Shown one piece after another: positions 22,885 to 35,482 of a DNA stretch of 64,000 bases. Both the position numbers and the translations under genes were made by a program. The notes beneath the pieces were generated by a model. The model was not told the origin of the DNA. It ran no database searches and saw only the letters and a list, made by a program, of their open reading frames with translations. Each line of letters starts with the position of its first letter. The stretch's first letter is position 1. The DNA lies in the NCBI GenBank assembly GCA_965202585.1, contig OZ241828.1:24490001-24554000 (forward strand), in the 5' to 3' direction. Source of the DNA: Thalia democratica (taxonomy: Eukaryota).

Positions 22885-25800
22885 CAGGGCTTCCCAAAGT
22901 GGGCGATATCGCCCCCCTGGGGGCGATTTTAGTATTTGGGGGGGCGATAATTAGTAATGGGGCGAAAAGGGGGCGATTTTAAAATTTTGGGTTGTCATAA
23001 AATTTTTACATTTTATTTTGCTATTTTACTAATTTTAGCTTGCTATTAAATATTTGACCCTGTGGTAAAACTTAAACAAAAAAGTTTATTGTGTTTATGT
23101 AAAATATAGAGAAAAAAATCAAGTGCTTATGACTCATACTTTCAAGTTAATTACATATTTCCAATTATATATTTTCTTATTCAACACTTACATAGATCAT
23201 AGACGATCGGAATTCTTTTCACTATTTTTTAACCTTACATATATGTTATTTAGGATCATAAATGGTTTGTAAAAATCTATGTTTTCTTATTAACTATCAC
23301 CTCATGAAATTTCCAATTGTTTTTTGAAAAGTCATTAAGTTAGACTAAGAAATAAAACTATACAGGGTTGCCAATTTACCTAGAAAAACCTGGAATTTGA
23401 CAATTTAGGCAAACACTTTTTTTAATCTAGAATTTTTAACAATTTCACCATATTAAGTAGTAAAATTTCGGTTTGACACAAAAAAGCTATCATATAGATA
23501 AAAATATGGATCCCTTCGTGGCAGATCTTTTTGAAGTAAACGACTCACAGGAAATCTTCTCCGACTTACAAACTGACCTTGAACTTAAAGTAATTTTTTC
23601 CAAAAAACGAAATGAAAGCTTTTGAACTCAACAAAAACTAACGCAAAAGTATCCAACCATTTGAGAGGAATTTAGATTGTTGTGTGTAGTTTTTTCTTCT
23701 AGCTATGTTGTTGAGAAAGCTTTCAGTTTAGTTATCAACATCTTGAGCAAAATATCTAATCTAGATATTTGTAAAGGAGGTGACTTGAGGCTTTATTTGA
23801 CTGATTTAGAATCAGATTAGAAAAACTTTCAAGAATTCATGAACCTCATCCTTCGCATTATATCTGAATTCAGTAGCAGACATTATTTTATGAAAGTTTT
23901 TTTATTTATTTGATCTTTTAAAATACTTCTTGTTTAACCTGGTTTGTATTGTATTTAAGTAGTCTTTTTATATTAAAAAATCTTTTAAGTTATTTATTCT
24001 ATAGCAGGTTTGCATAATGCCTAATAAATATTAATTACGGTAGACTTCCTCTTAAGTTCGCACTTTTTACCCAAAAAAAGTGCAAACTTATACTTTCTTT
24101 AACTTAACTTAAATAAAGTCTATTACTAACTAAGTATTAATAAAACGAAAAATACACAATATTTAATAGCTTATATAGATCTTTTTTTTATGACTGTTTG
24201 TTTTATGTTTTAGTTGATTTCATGTTTGTTCATAACGTTATTGCATATAACATATTTAAATTTATCAGTTTGTAAAAAAAATGGTAATAATTTTTGAGTT
24301 TAAACTTTTTTATTATGTTCAAAATGAGAATTGAAGAGAAAGTCTACTGTATTTATAAAATGTTTTATGTTTTAAATATGTTAATAGCTTTGTTTTGACC
24401 TGGTTAATTTTGTAGTTTATATTTGTCGATTTACATTACACTAAAAGTTTTTATAGCATAGTGGTTAAAGTATTTGTTTGAAAGAAATTTATTTGACATA
24501 TTTTTGTTATTACTTGTTTAATCTGTATAAATAAAAAAGCCTTGATAACTATTAAAGTTTTTATTTCAAAAATTATTTTCGGTTTTAAAAGAGTACAGAT
24601 TTGATGTCTCTATTTGAAATGCTTCAACTTTTTCATTTAAAAGATTATAAAACTCAAACTTATTTTCTAACTTGATTTATTACTGTTAGAAAATCTATAT
24701 ATTAAATAATTTTAAACTATTAATATAACTGTTTTTTGTTTTATCTTATTTTTTAATATATTAGCAATTAGAATATGTTGTTTATTTTAATAGTTGAACA
24801 CTAGCTTTTAGTTTTTTACTATTTTTTTCTAGTAAATTATTATAGGCTAATAACTAGAGAAAAAATAAAATTAAACAGTATTAAATAAGCAATAAAAAAG
24901 ACTGCTACAGTTACAAAAGAAAGTTTTAACACAATTAAAAGATTTTTTAAATCGATTACTTTCTGTTCACAGAATTAACTGTAAAACATTTGATTTTTTT
25001 AAAATTTAAACGAAGAAAAAAAATGTTAAAATTAAGGTTTAGATTCCTAAAAGTTGTTTTAAGTCGAAAACTATTTAATGGTATTCTACTACAAAACATA
25101 TAGTTTAAAAAGTTTAGAATTAAATTTTTAATTTCACAACTAACTTGCTTAAAATATATCTCTGCATCGAAATTAATAATTTACTGCATTAACAGAAAGT
25201 ATTGATAAACCCACTTTTCATGTGAGATAATCAACCAATCGGTCAAACTTCCTAAAACTGGATCAGCAATAATGTTTTAATATCTATTTCATTATGTTTA
25301 AAATTATCTGTTCATTCTTTTATAGTTTTTTAATCTCTGGTATTTAATTTTAAAATATGCCTTTTTATATAATATTTTAAGTATTTTGTGCGGCTTAAAT
25401 AAGTTACTTTGTATTCACTCTAAATGTCCGAAATTCTTTAAATGAGAGATAGTTATAATTTCAGTTAAGATTTCAGATTGGTAACTTACGGTCCAGATTC
25501 AATCAAATTTCGACCCGCCAAGTAACTTGAAACTACTTGTGCAAAATAAACAAAATTTAGTTTTTTGATGTTTATGATTTTGAAATACACTTTCAACTTG
25601 GTTTCTAGTTACTTTAGTATTTCCTAGATCACAATAATAGTAAATCATTTTATTACAATTATGTTCGAGTCTTTTAGTTTTCTACATGTTATTTTTGTAA
25701 ATTATGCAGCCCACAATTACATTTTTTAAACGAGTTGAAACAAGAAATTATTTTTTAGTAAATATGAATCGCTGACTACAAAAGTTGTCCACCACTACCC

Positions 25801-26123
25801 TAAAAGTTTCATTAGTTTCAAAACAACTCAAATTTAAACAGGATTGATTACTGATTACACAAGGCTTTTTAATATTTAATTATTTTTATACACTTCACTG
25901 GGCTTATAAGAAAACAACAGTAACTTATTTTCTCAAGCCCTGTAAACTATTTTGAACACAGTCGAAAAGTGTGTGTATAAGAAATACCAGACTAAATTAC
26001 ATTTCGAACACAATTTTTTGGCTCAAAAGTTTGTACTTAAGAGAAAAACTACTTTTTAAAACTACTTTATTTTTCAAATTTCTGAAAAGGAGGCGATTTA
26101 GTAAATGAGTTCTGGAAACCCTG
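22885..26123 (+). mobile_element. hAT (Charlie/Buster-like) DNA transposon, non-autonomous derivative
   Basis: TIRs CAGGGCTTCCCAAAGT ... AGTTCTGGAAACCCTG, perfect 8-bp TSD GTCTATAT (22877-22884 and 26124-26131), subterminal GGGGCGAT repeats, internal transposase remnant. Confidence 0.92.
23506..23867 (+). pseudogene. hAT Buster/SCAND3-type transposase C-terminal (dimerisation) remnant
   Basis: Reads MDPFV...DLQTDLELK...SF*TQQKLTQKYPTI*EE...FSSSYVVEKAFSLVINIL...GGDLRLYLTDLESD, then HEPHPSH after a frameshift. This matches the Buster-type ending F.SSYLVE.GFS.V..LL...RGDLRL.LT..EP...H..HPSH. Confidence 0.85.
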
Positions 26124-26172
26124 GTCTATATCATAAACAGCTATTTTTATTTTTAAGAACTCATGTCGTCTA

Positions 26173-26640
26173 TCAGTGTCTTTCTTTTAAAGGTGAAAAC
26201 ACGTTAATAAAACTGCTACATACCTCAAATGCTTCTTGTAAGCCTCCGAAAACAAAAAAATATTTTTGACAGATAACAAACTTGTGGCTATTTCTAATTT
26301 GCATCATGTTTGGCATGAAAATCCACAAGTTCTCCTCATGATCAAACACCTCAGCAGAGTTTAAAACAAAACTTATACTTCCAATTACCCTTGCACAACC
26401 GCTCTGCCTTGTGAAACTGCGCTGGCTGCTTTTCTTACTGGCTGCTTGTAGTTTTTCGCACGTGTTTCGTTTTACCGTGCAAATTCCAAGCACGAGTCAA
26501 CAGATTGCTGGTATAACTACTTTCCAATCGCCAGTTGTGTAGATGTTGTCCATGAGAGCGCAACGCTGAATGAACACCGATTAAATGGAATCAGACCGAC
26601 TCTTGTCGACTTGTTAGTTGTTTGATTATACTTTGAAATT
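26173..26640 (-). pseudogene. Kelch-repeat gene remnant K3 (best preserved, about three blades)
   Basis: Frames give SKYNQTTNKSTRVGLIPFNRCSF, CALMDNIYTTG, DSCLEFAR, RKAASAVSQGRAVVQG and VLNSAEVFDHEENLWIFMPNMMQIRNSHKFVICQKYFFVFGGLQEAFEV (Kelch LNS.E.YD...N.W..MP.M...R..H......FVFGG). Frameshifts and stops are present. Confidence 0.82.
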
Positions 26641-28168
26641 GTTATCAAAAATAAAATGATGTCAAAATACGGACAAAAAGTAAAAAAGAAATAATTCCGT
26701 GATACTTTGTATGAGAACTGTAATAAAATATCTATATTTTAAAAATTAGTCAAAATAGCCTAAAAAATCCATAAAAATGAAAGTCAAACAAAGTTAACTC
26801 AAAAAAATGATTTAAGTGAAATTGAAATTAAAAAAAAGAATAAAAGATATATGAAGTAAATAGCTGGATGACCGAAAATATTTTTCATACCAAATATTTG
26901 AGCGTTAATATTTTTGTGTCCAATAAACTAATAATGTAATAAAAATAAAAAGAAAGTAGGGTACGAAGTTAAAAACATCAAACAAGGTATAAAAAAATCT
27001 CTAACCTTAAGTTATCTAAGACTTTATAACCTTTAATGCAATTAAGCTAAATTTCAGTTAATTTAGCAAACTTTATGTTGTAAGTTTTCTTTATTAAAAC
27101 TGTTGTGTTCACGATGCACATTATATAATACATAACTAGCAACTTATAAAAAATCAAAATCTGTAAGAAACACAAAAATTTAATGAAAATTTAGCTATTT
27201 ATTTTGAATTTAGTAAATAAATGTAAGTATAAAAGTTTAATTACTGAAACAAAACAGATATTTAGTATAAGCATGTTTTATTAACATAGCGACGTATTGT
27301 TTTTTTTAATTATGTATTTATTAATAAATATTGTTACTATACTTAATGTTATTAAAAAGGATTTATTCTATTTAAATGTTATGTGATTAAAAAATCAAAA
27401 ATTAAAACGAGAACGCATATTCAAAACTGCAAAAGTTGTCGTATTTGGAAAATTAACTTTTCTGTTAGAAATTCGGCTGATTTCAAGTAGTTTTAAACTC
27501 TACATAAACAAAATACATTTTTTTGGATACGTACTAGTCAGCTAAAATTTGTTCTTTAAGATAAATTTTACTAGAAAAATGCCAGCAACCAAAAAATTTA
27601 AACACTAGTTATTTTTTAATCGGTTTTGTGAAGGTATTTATTATTTTAAAGTTGTACAATGGAATTTTTGAGTTTAACTATATAGTATTTATTTAGTTAA
27701 TAGCGAATTCCAATAAATAACAAAGATGTTGAAAAAAAATCTTATTCAACATGCTTTTCATTATATACTAAAAAAAAAACTATTTGTCTTTTATATTTTC
27801 ATTCTATTAAATCTTTATTTTATAAAATTATAAATGCTTTTTGATTAGAATAAGGAGAAAAAGCATTACTAGCATTTCAAAAAACAGTTTTACAAACTTA
27901 AAGTTAAAAAATATCCCAGTAAGTTGTACCAATAAAACAAACAATTTTTACCGAAAACTTTACTTTGAAAAGTTAACATCAAATTTTATAACATAACACT
28001 AATGCACAACTCAAGACAAATTTAGTATAAACAGATTTGTATAAATAAAACTCATATATACAAACTTTAATAATGAATTTTACTTTACGAAGACATAAAT
28101 AAATTTATATCGTAAAACAAATGTAGCTTTTATCAAAGTAAATCAAATTGACCTCATCATAATCTATT

Positions 28169-29605
28169 TCAACATCTAAAACCTAATCTTTTACTTTTTA
28201 GGGGCTTGACATATTTCTTGAACTGGACTTTTTCTACATGCCTTTTCTTTTCATCACGGTTTTTACCTTGTTTGGTAATCGATTTATTTGGGAAGCAACT
28301 CAATATTTCCAAACCATCAACACAAAAATCTACTTTATTTTTAGAAAATTCAGGTAAACTTCCTATAAAATCATTAAAGTACCGACCCGGAAGAAACGCT
28401 ACAGAAACACGAGATAACTTATTTGAAAATTCAACAAAATTCCATCGCGCTTCACTATAACTCTTTTCTTCAAAATAGATTAGAAAATTTTTTACGTGTC
28501 TATACCATGTTCCCGACTTGAAATTGACATTCAACTCAATCGTTGGTGGGCTTTCAAAAAGTTTGTTGTTACTAAACAGCTCATCAAGTGATATTAAAAT
28601 CAATTTTTTGATACTATTTAATAAATCAGAAAGAAACTTATACTCAATTTTTTTAAAAGTTAATGTTATTGGCAAAAAAAAATTTGCTTTTTTTCTATTG
28701 TTAATTCTATTTAATGATTTACCATATATTTCAACATAAGTTAAACTACAAGGAAATGCTGACCTAAAATTAATTTTTTTCCTTTTAAATTCTCTGTTTG
28801 ATAACTTAACTAAGCAGTCTACAAGATTTGTAACATATAAAAACTTTTTAAAAAAACAGATTCTGTTTGAGCAACGTTCAATTGTTTTTGTTTTTTCAAC
28901 AAAATATTTCTTGTTCTTAGTTGAGAACGAACGGACGCAATCATCATCGAAATATTTTTTAAGAATTTGGTTCACAGAGGTCACTGAACTGAAGTGAATA
29001 GCAGTAAGGGACTTTTCAATTTCTACGTTGAGTACATCTGTGATTCCATCACTTTTTAGTGTCTTTTTAAAAGCATTCTGGTTATTATAAGTATCTGTAA
29101 TGTTTGTTGTACACCCTATCAAAATTGCAAAAGTTTTTTCTTTCCATTTAAAATTAACTTTTACTTCGTTTTTCAATGTTACATTATCTGAAGTTTTCAA
29201 CATTTTTTGTCTATTTATTTTTACTTGTATCTTCTTTTTAAACTTTTCTACCAAATACAACCTTTTCAAATGATATTCTTCAAGAAACTTTTTACTTTTG
29301 GTATTAAATGGGTATACATTTTTCTTATCTGCATATCTTTGTTTAATCAACTTTACAGATTCAATAGAAAACAAATGGACTTCAGCGTATCTTTTTGACA
29401 GAAGAAACTTGTTTCTTTGAATTTTGACATCAATTATATCAGTGACACCAATACTTTCAATTTTCTTCACAATTTCAAATTCACTTGAACCAGGATCCAT
29501 TCCACCAATGAAAAGTGAGTATTTGTTTCCATGGTAATCATACTTGAGAGACTTGTCCAAATAAGATTCTTCCGATTTCAAACTACCTTGAATATAAAGC
29601 AGAAT
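28169..29605 (-). CDS. Family X copy A2: full open frame (470 aa from TTG 29581), but the paralogous ATG is mutated to ATT
   Basis: Uninterrupted frame. RRM-like RNP2 SLFIGG and RNP1 KRYAEVHL, second repeat AILIG...KSLTAIHF, C-terminal ESPPTIELNV...FCVDGLEILSCFP. Codon 29605-29603 is ATT where A1 and A3 have ATG. Expression is unproven. Confidence 0.7.
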   Translation of the reverse strand: MLLYIQGSLKSEESYLDKSLKYDYHGNKYSLFIGGMDPGSSEFEIVKKIESIGVTDIIDVKIQRNKFLLSKRYAEVHLFSIESVKLIKQRYADKKNVYPFNTKSKKFLEEYHLKRLYLVEKFKKKIQVKINRQKMLKTSDNVTLKNEVKVNFKWKEKTFAILIGCTTNITDTYNNQNAFKKTLKSDGITDVLNVEIEKSLTAIHFSSVTSVNQILKKYFDDDCVRSFSTKNKKYFVEKTKTIERCSNRICFFKKFLYVTNLVDCLVKLSNREFKRKKINFRSAFPCSLTYVEIYGKSLNRINNRKKANFFLPITLTFKKIEYKFLSDLLNSIKKLILISLDELFSNNKLFESPPTIELNVNFKSGTWYRHVKNFLIYFEEKSYSEARWNFVEFSNKLSRVSVAFLPGRYFNDFIGSLPEFSKNKVDFCVDGLEILSCFPNKSITKQGKNRDEKKRHVEKVQFKKYVKPLKSKRLGFRC

Positions 29606-30662
29606 ACTAACTTCTAACTAACAACATATATACTACTATGAGAGAATATTTAGTTACTAAAACTAACTTTTAAAATTAATGATGGCCTTAGCTTAAAATT
29701 AAAAATTTAAACGGTGTAGAAAGTATATAAGCAGACTTATAATTGTTAAGTAATATTTTTTCTCTAGTTAATTTTAATTAAAAAATCTACTAAGCACTAC
29801 AAAATCTACAATTTTGTTTTACATAAAGCAGAAGTTCAGAACAATAACAATGTTTATTGATTTTATAAGTCTATCTACATGAAAATACTAATAATAAACA
29901 TTTAAAAAAAAGATCAAGAAAAATGCATTTAAAAATCAATAATGTTTTATGTTTTAATTACTGCAATTTATATTGAGACAAATACGAAATATATATTTTT
30001 ATTTTATATTTTTTCTCAACTTCACTTAAATCGGTATATACTTTCTAATATGACTTAGTTCACACCATTTATTGAAATTATGAAAGATCACTAATTTTAA
30101 ATTATGATGCCTAAGCTTTTACTTACACGTTTTATTACTAAATTCTTATATTAATTATCATTAATTAATTTAGTTGTTATTTAAAAACTAAAGTTTTGTG
30201 TAATATTTTAGACAACCATAGTAATTTAATAAATTTTACCAATTCTAAATGTAGTATAAGTGATAAAGTGAAAATTTTTTAACATTTATATTTTTAACTT
30301 AAAGCAAAAGTGTTTATTTAATTTAAATTCACTAAGAGAAAATTTTAAACAGAATATAATTAAAAACAAAACGATTATCTAAGCCTAATATTAAAATGCA
30401 CTTTTTTGGTTTTATTTACACATAAAGTTTACGATAATTTATTAAGCAGGTTTGTTTTTGTGTATTTATTTAATTCAAAAACGCAAATTTTTGTTAATCT
30501 AAATATAAAGTTTGAATTTCTTAGTAACTTAACTTAGCTTAATATACGTGTAATTTTTATCTTAAATGTATTCATTTCGATTATACCTAGTAAGGTATCA
30601 TTCGGCTTAGAACAACAGCTAAGCTTCTTTTGATTTTGTAGTTGAAAATGGAAGCTTTATGT

Positions 30663-33058
30663 CATGGGTCGGCAAACTGCGGCCCGCGGGCCAAATGCGG
30701 CCCGCGAAGGGTAAATATGCGGCCCGCGAGCATGTTCTTTTTTTGAATGGAATGCGGCCCGCGGAAGAAAATTTTGTGGCCCGCGAGCATGTAAGTGTGG
30801 CCCGCTGAGCAAAAAAATTTTTAAGTTAAAATTTTTTTGGTTTTTGGTTTAATTTTATTAAATTCGTTTTAAGTCCCTGTTTAAAATTTTAAAACAATTA
30901 AAAAACTTTACAGTATCAGCTTAAAAGTGTAAAAAAGAAAGATAAGTATTCCGCTAGGTTTTTTTCTCAGTTTCATCATAGCTTTATTTTTACAACAGCA
31001 AGTTTAGGTATTTTTTACATGTTTTTTAAAACTAAGTTTCTTTTGTAAACGTTTTATTATTAAAATTTATATTTGATTGTGCACAAAAACATTTAAAATA
31101 ACATATTATTAAGTATTTTCAATTTTTTTATTTTTACACATTTTGATTTTTTTTAAAGGTTTTTTAGCACTTTAAACTAATTCCTATGCACACAAATGTA
31201 CAAAGATGCTCATATTTTAATCGGCATACTGACAATTCCCACCCGTGATCATTTTTCAATCGATCAAATCCCACCCGCGTACAATTCTCAAACGAAAATA
31301 ATTTTAACTTTAATTATTTATTCCTTTATTTTCTAATATTTTTTTTCACTTTTATTAATTATTATTTTATGTTTTACTATAACTCTTACCCCTAACCCTT
31401 ACCCTTGCGTTCTCGGATTTGATCATGTGGGGTTTGATTGTGGGTTGAAAATAATCGCGGGTTGGAAATGAGCGGTACCCATTTTAAACTATGTTTTATT
31501 TAATACTTAAATTAGATTAAGTTAAGTCGACTCATAATTTTCTAAAATTATTGTTTATACATTTAATATCTAAGTGTGTAAAGGCACATTTAAAACAATA
31601 CATGATATAATTTTTTTTTTGATAGGTACACATACATTTTAATTTTTCAAACAATGGTTTTTGACAAGTTAAATTAATTTCTATGCACTAATATACACAG
31701 TTACTGTTTTTTTTTTGAACTACCTATTTAATACAAACTAAGTTTACAGATGGTAAATTTCTTAAACTTGTATATTTTTAATCAAAATAGTTCAAATTGA
31801 AGCAAATAAACAACTAAACATTGCAACACACTTAAATTATGACTATCTGTAGATTCAAATCTCAAGTAAGTTTTTTTCATTTTTTCAGTTTATAGTTAGA
31901 ATAAATTTTTGTATATTAAAATATTAGGCTAGCTTTTGGTCAATTAGGCTGGTTTTTTTGCTTTATAAGCAGCAAATAAAACTTATGATGTATGTTTCGT
32001 TCAACTTACAGTTTTGGTTTGAATTATAGTATATGTTTAACTTTAAGTCTTGCAGCTGATAAAATTTGAAATATTATTTGTATTAATAGTAAACATATAG
32101 GTATGGACAATTAGTGTTGATAAAAAAATTGAATCCCGGAAAAGTTTTGATTTTAAAATTTTTTGCTTAAAAATTCTGGAAAAATCTGGAATTTGAAAAT
32201 TTTTGCAAAAACCTTGAATTTTAAACAACTTTTACGTGTAAAATAATGAAATTTCGATTTGACACAAAAAAATTTACGATATAATTTTTTTAAACACATT
32301 AAAAGTAGCTTAACAGTATATATTTAGTATTTCTATATTACTATATTTCTATATCTATATTATATAGCATTTTTGGTATATATTTAAGTCACTGTTAATA
32401 AACTTCGTTATTTCTTTATTTTGTATATTCTTTTATTTTATATTTTAAAAAGAGTTGTCAAACATACAGTCTAGTTTAAAAATTTGAAAAATTTAAACTA
32501 GGTTAAACCTGTTTAAGTCATTTAAATATTACTCAGCTAAACTTTTATTTCAAACACTTTAAATAAATCTTCGAATTCTCAGAACAGTTTTTTCAACTAT
32601 AGTGTAGTTTACTAATTGTAATATTTTCTGGTCTACTTATACATTATGTACTTTTTATACTGATTGTATTTTAGTTAGGTATCTAAGCTTGATTAAATGA
32701 AAGTTTTTGCACTTTTTGAAAGTTGAAACCATGTAAAAAGCTCATTAATTACTCATAAGGTACTTTATTAGAGTAGTCGAGCATTAGTTATGTTAAAAAA
32801 AGTGCATAGTTTTTAAAGACTTAAGTATATTAGTCAATGTAAATTATACTCCAATAAATATTATAAATAAAATAGGCATTCTATTTGTAGCTATATATCA
32901 TTAAAATTAATAAAGTGAATAAAAGTAAAGGTTCCTTAATGTGAATAAAACTAAAATAAAAAGATTATTCAAATGTCACTAAAACTATAACTGCGGCCCG
33001 CGAAGACTTTGGAAACTTGAAATTTGGCCCGCAAGCACCAACTGCCTGCCGACCCCTG
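30663..33058 (+). mobile_element. Non-autonomous hAT (Charlie/MER-like) element inserted in array block 2
   Basis: TIRs CATGGGTCGGCAAAC ... GCCTGCCGACCCCTG, GCGGCCCGCG subterminal repeats, perfect 8-bp TSD CTTTATGT (30655-30662 and 33059-33066). Empty sites are visible at 11826-11833 and 45049-45056. Confidence 0.95.
31223..31480. mobile_element. MULE-like MITE nested in the hAT element
   Basis: GG...CC termini with imperfect TIRs (GGCATACTGACAATTCCCACCC and reverse complement GGGTACCGCTCATTTCCAACCC), 9-bp TSD ATTTTAATC/ATTTTAAAC (8 of 9 match), internal cctaacccttaccct. Confidence 0.75.
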
Positions 33059-33726
33059 CTTTATGTTAAAAACAAATCTTTTTTAATCTAAATTTGTTCA
33101 TGCTTTATTTTTACTGCACTTTGAACACGTTATTGATTTGGAATTTAATTTTTTTTATTTTAATTGTCGAGTTCGTGTTTTGTGATGAAACTATCCATAA
33201 AAGCTCATTGCTAATTAAAAAAAAAGATTTTAAGCTAAAATGTTGGTATGAATATATCACAACATTTACAACTTGTATAAGTTTTGAAAAGTAAGCATAA
33301 AATTTTCGATGGTACTTAATAAATATAAATCATGCTGGTTATTGTATATTTTATAGTTTATCAGTTTTCTGATATATTGCTAGATTTATTTAGTGTTCAG
33401 CTTTCTAAAACAGTTGAAAATTAATAAACTTCTGAACAAAATTACTTAATTTAAAAATGTTTTTTTCAACTTTATTTTATAAACTTACCTTTAAAGACTT
33501 TGTTGGACACTTATGCAAAATTTTATTTTCCCTAAGGTGAATTTTGATAAAATAAAGAAAATTATGTTTTTCACTTATTATTTTGTTTTTATTTTCTAAA
33601 TAGCAACAAATAAATATAATAAAATATTTCTCCAAAACACTAACATTCACAAACAAAATAAGTGTTAATTAAAAATGATTTGTGTTCCTTATTTCTTGAT
33701 TGAACTAGAAATAGCTTCTTTGTTAG

Positions 33727-34080
33727 CTAAGGGAAAATAAGAGATCTACAAAGTCCAAAGACTATTAGTAAACTGTCTTGTACCTCAAATGTTTTTTGCA
33801 GGCCTCTGAAAACACTGTGCATCCTGTATTTGATATTAGTAAGTCCACAAGTTTGCCTCACCATCGAACGTCTCAACATTGTTTTAAACAAAACTTCTTT
33901 TTTTAACTTTTCCTCGCACACAACCACTCTGCATTGAAAAACCTTACTTGCTGCTCTTTTAATTTTCCGCTCGTGTTTCGTTTTATCATGCAGAAATCCG
34001 AGCACCAGTCAACAGATCGCTTGTAAAACTACTTTTAATCCGCCAATTATGTAGATTTTATCCATGAGTGCGCAAACGCT
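33727..34080 (-). pseudogene. Kelch-repeat remnant K4
   Basis: Reads CALMDKIYIIGG (canonical Kelch GG), then LGFLHDKTKH...RAASKVFQCRVVVC and SVFRGLQKTFEV, with frameshifts. Confidence 0.75.
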
Positions 34081-35482
34081 AATTGATAAAATAATAAATA
34101 AATTCAAAAATAAATGTATGATGTTATGAATGAAGACTGTAAATAAGTAAATTATAGTAATCAGTCAAAAATTCCACGAAATCCATAAAAATGAAAGTTA
34201 AATAAAGTTAATCCATAAAAAATGATTTAAAAGAATTTAGAAAAATAGTTAGTTAATTAGCTAAAGAATAAAAGAGGTATGAAGTAAATAGCTCGATGAC
34301 CGAAAAAAATTTTTATACGAAATACTTGAGCGTTGATATTTTTATTTTATATAATAAATTAATCGTGTAACAAAAAAAAACAGAAATCGAACTTAAAAAC
34401 ATCTATAAAGAAGTAAATATATAAAGAAAAAAATTTTACGGTATTTAGTTACCTTAGATTTAATTACTTTTTATATAGATAAACTTCAGTTAGTTATGCA
34501 AATTTTATAATTTCTTGTAAAAAATCTGTTACGTTCACGATGCATATAATTTGTTATATTGCTAACAACTTACAAAAAAAATCTTGCAAGAAAACAAAAG
34601 TTGTTAAAAAAACAATTTAGCTGTTTATATTAAATTAACTAAAGTTAAAAAACATAAAGTAAGTATAGAAGTTTTAGCAAAAAAAATTTAATTTAATATA
34701 AATATACAATTTTAACAAAGAAACAAACATAAAAAAGTTTTTTTAATTTCATTTATTATTTGTTTAACATTGTTAGTATGTTTGATGTTATTGAAAAGAT
34801 AGTTTAACCTTAATTTATTTAAATGCTGCTTGATTAGATAATCATAAGTTAAAGAAAAAGTTCAAAACCGTAGAAGGCACCATATTTTTTCAATTAACTT
34901 AATTGTTTCACACTCAGCAAGTTTTATGTAGTTTTAAGCTTTACTTCGATAAAAATAACTTCGATACTTTTTTTACTTGTTGGTTAGTTATTAAATTTCA
35001 AAAAATAAGTTTTAAAACACGTCAAAATTGATCTTGTTGAGGTATTTATTATTTTAAAATTGCAAAAACGAATTCAATTGCCTTATTTTATAGTACTAAT
35101 TGCAATTTTGAATTCAATGTTTGTAGAAAATACTCATAGCAGATACGTTAATTTATCTACTAGATAATAAAACTACTCACTTTGTATTTCATTGTATAAG
35201 GTAGTTATTTTATAAAAATATAATTCCCTTGTGGACAATATAAAGAAATACAACTCTTATTTTATAAAAGAATAAGAACTAAAAACACTTAGAATTAAAA
35301 CATAATAAATCAAATTGTACAAGTTAAAGTAAACAATTTTCTACTTACAGTTATACCTTGCAAAAATTAATAACAAATTTTATAACACATTAGTGCGTAA
35401 CAATTGTGACTTATCAATGTATATCATGACGTTGATCTCATCAAAACTTATTTCAACAATTTATATTTAATGTTTATACTTT

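Noticed and set aside
33094-33294. Short AT-rich ORFs in array spacers and elsewhere (33094, 32043, 38368, 53112, 60685, 62495, 1235, 5453)
   Set aside because: No recognisable motifs, low-complexity composition, and frames not preserved between paralogous spacer copies.
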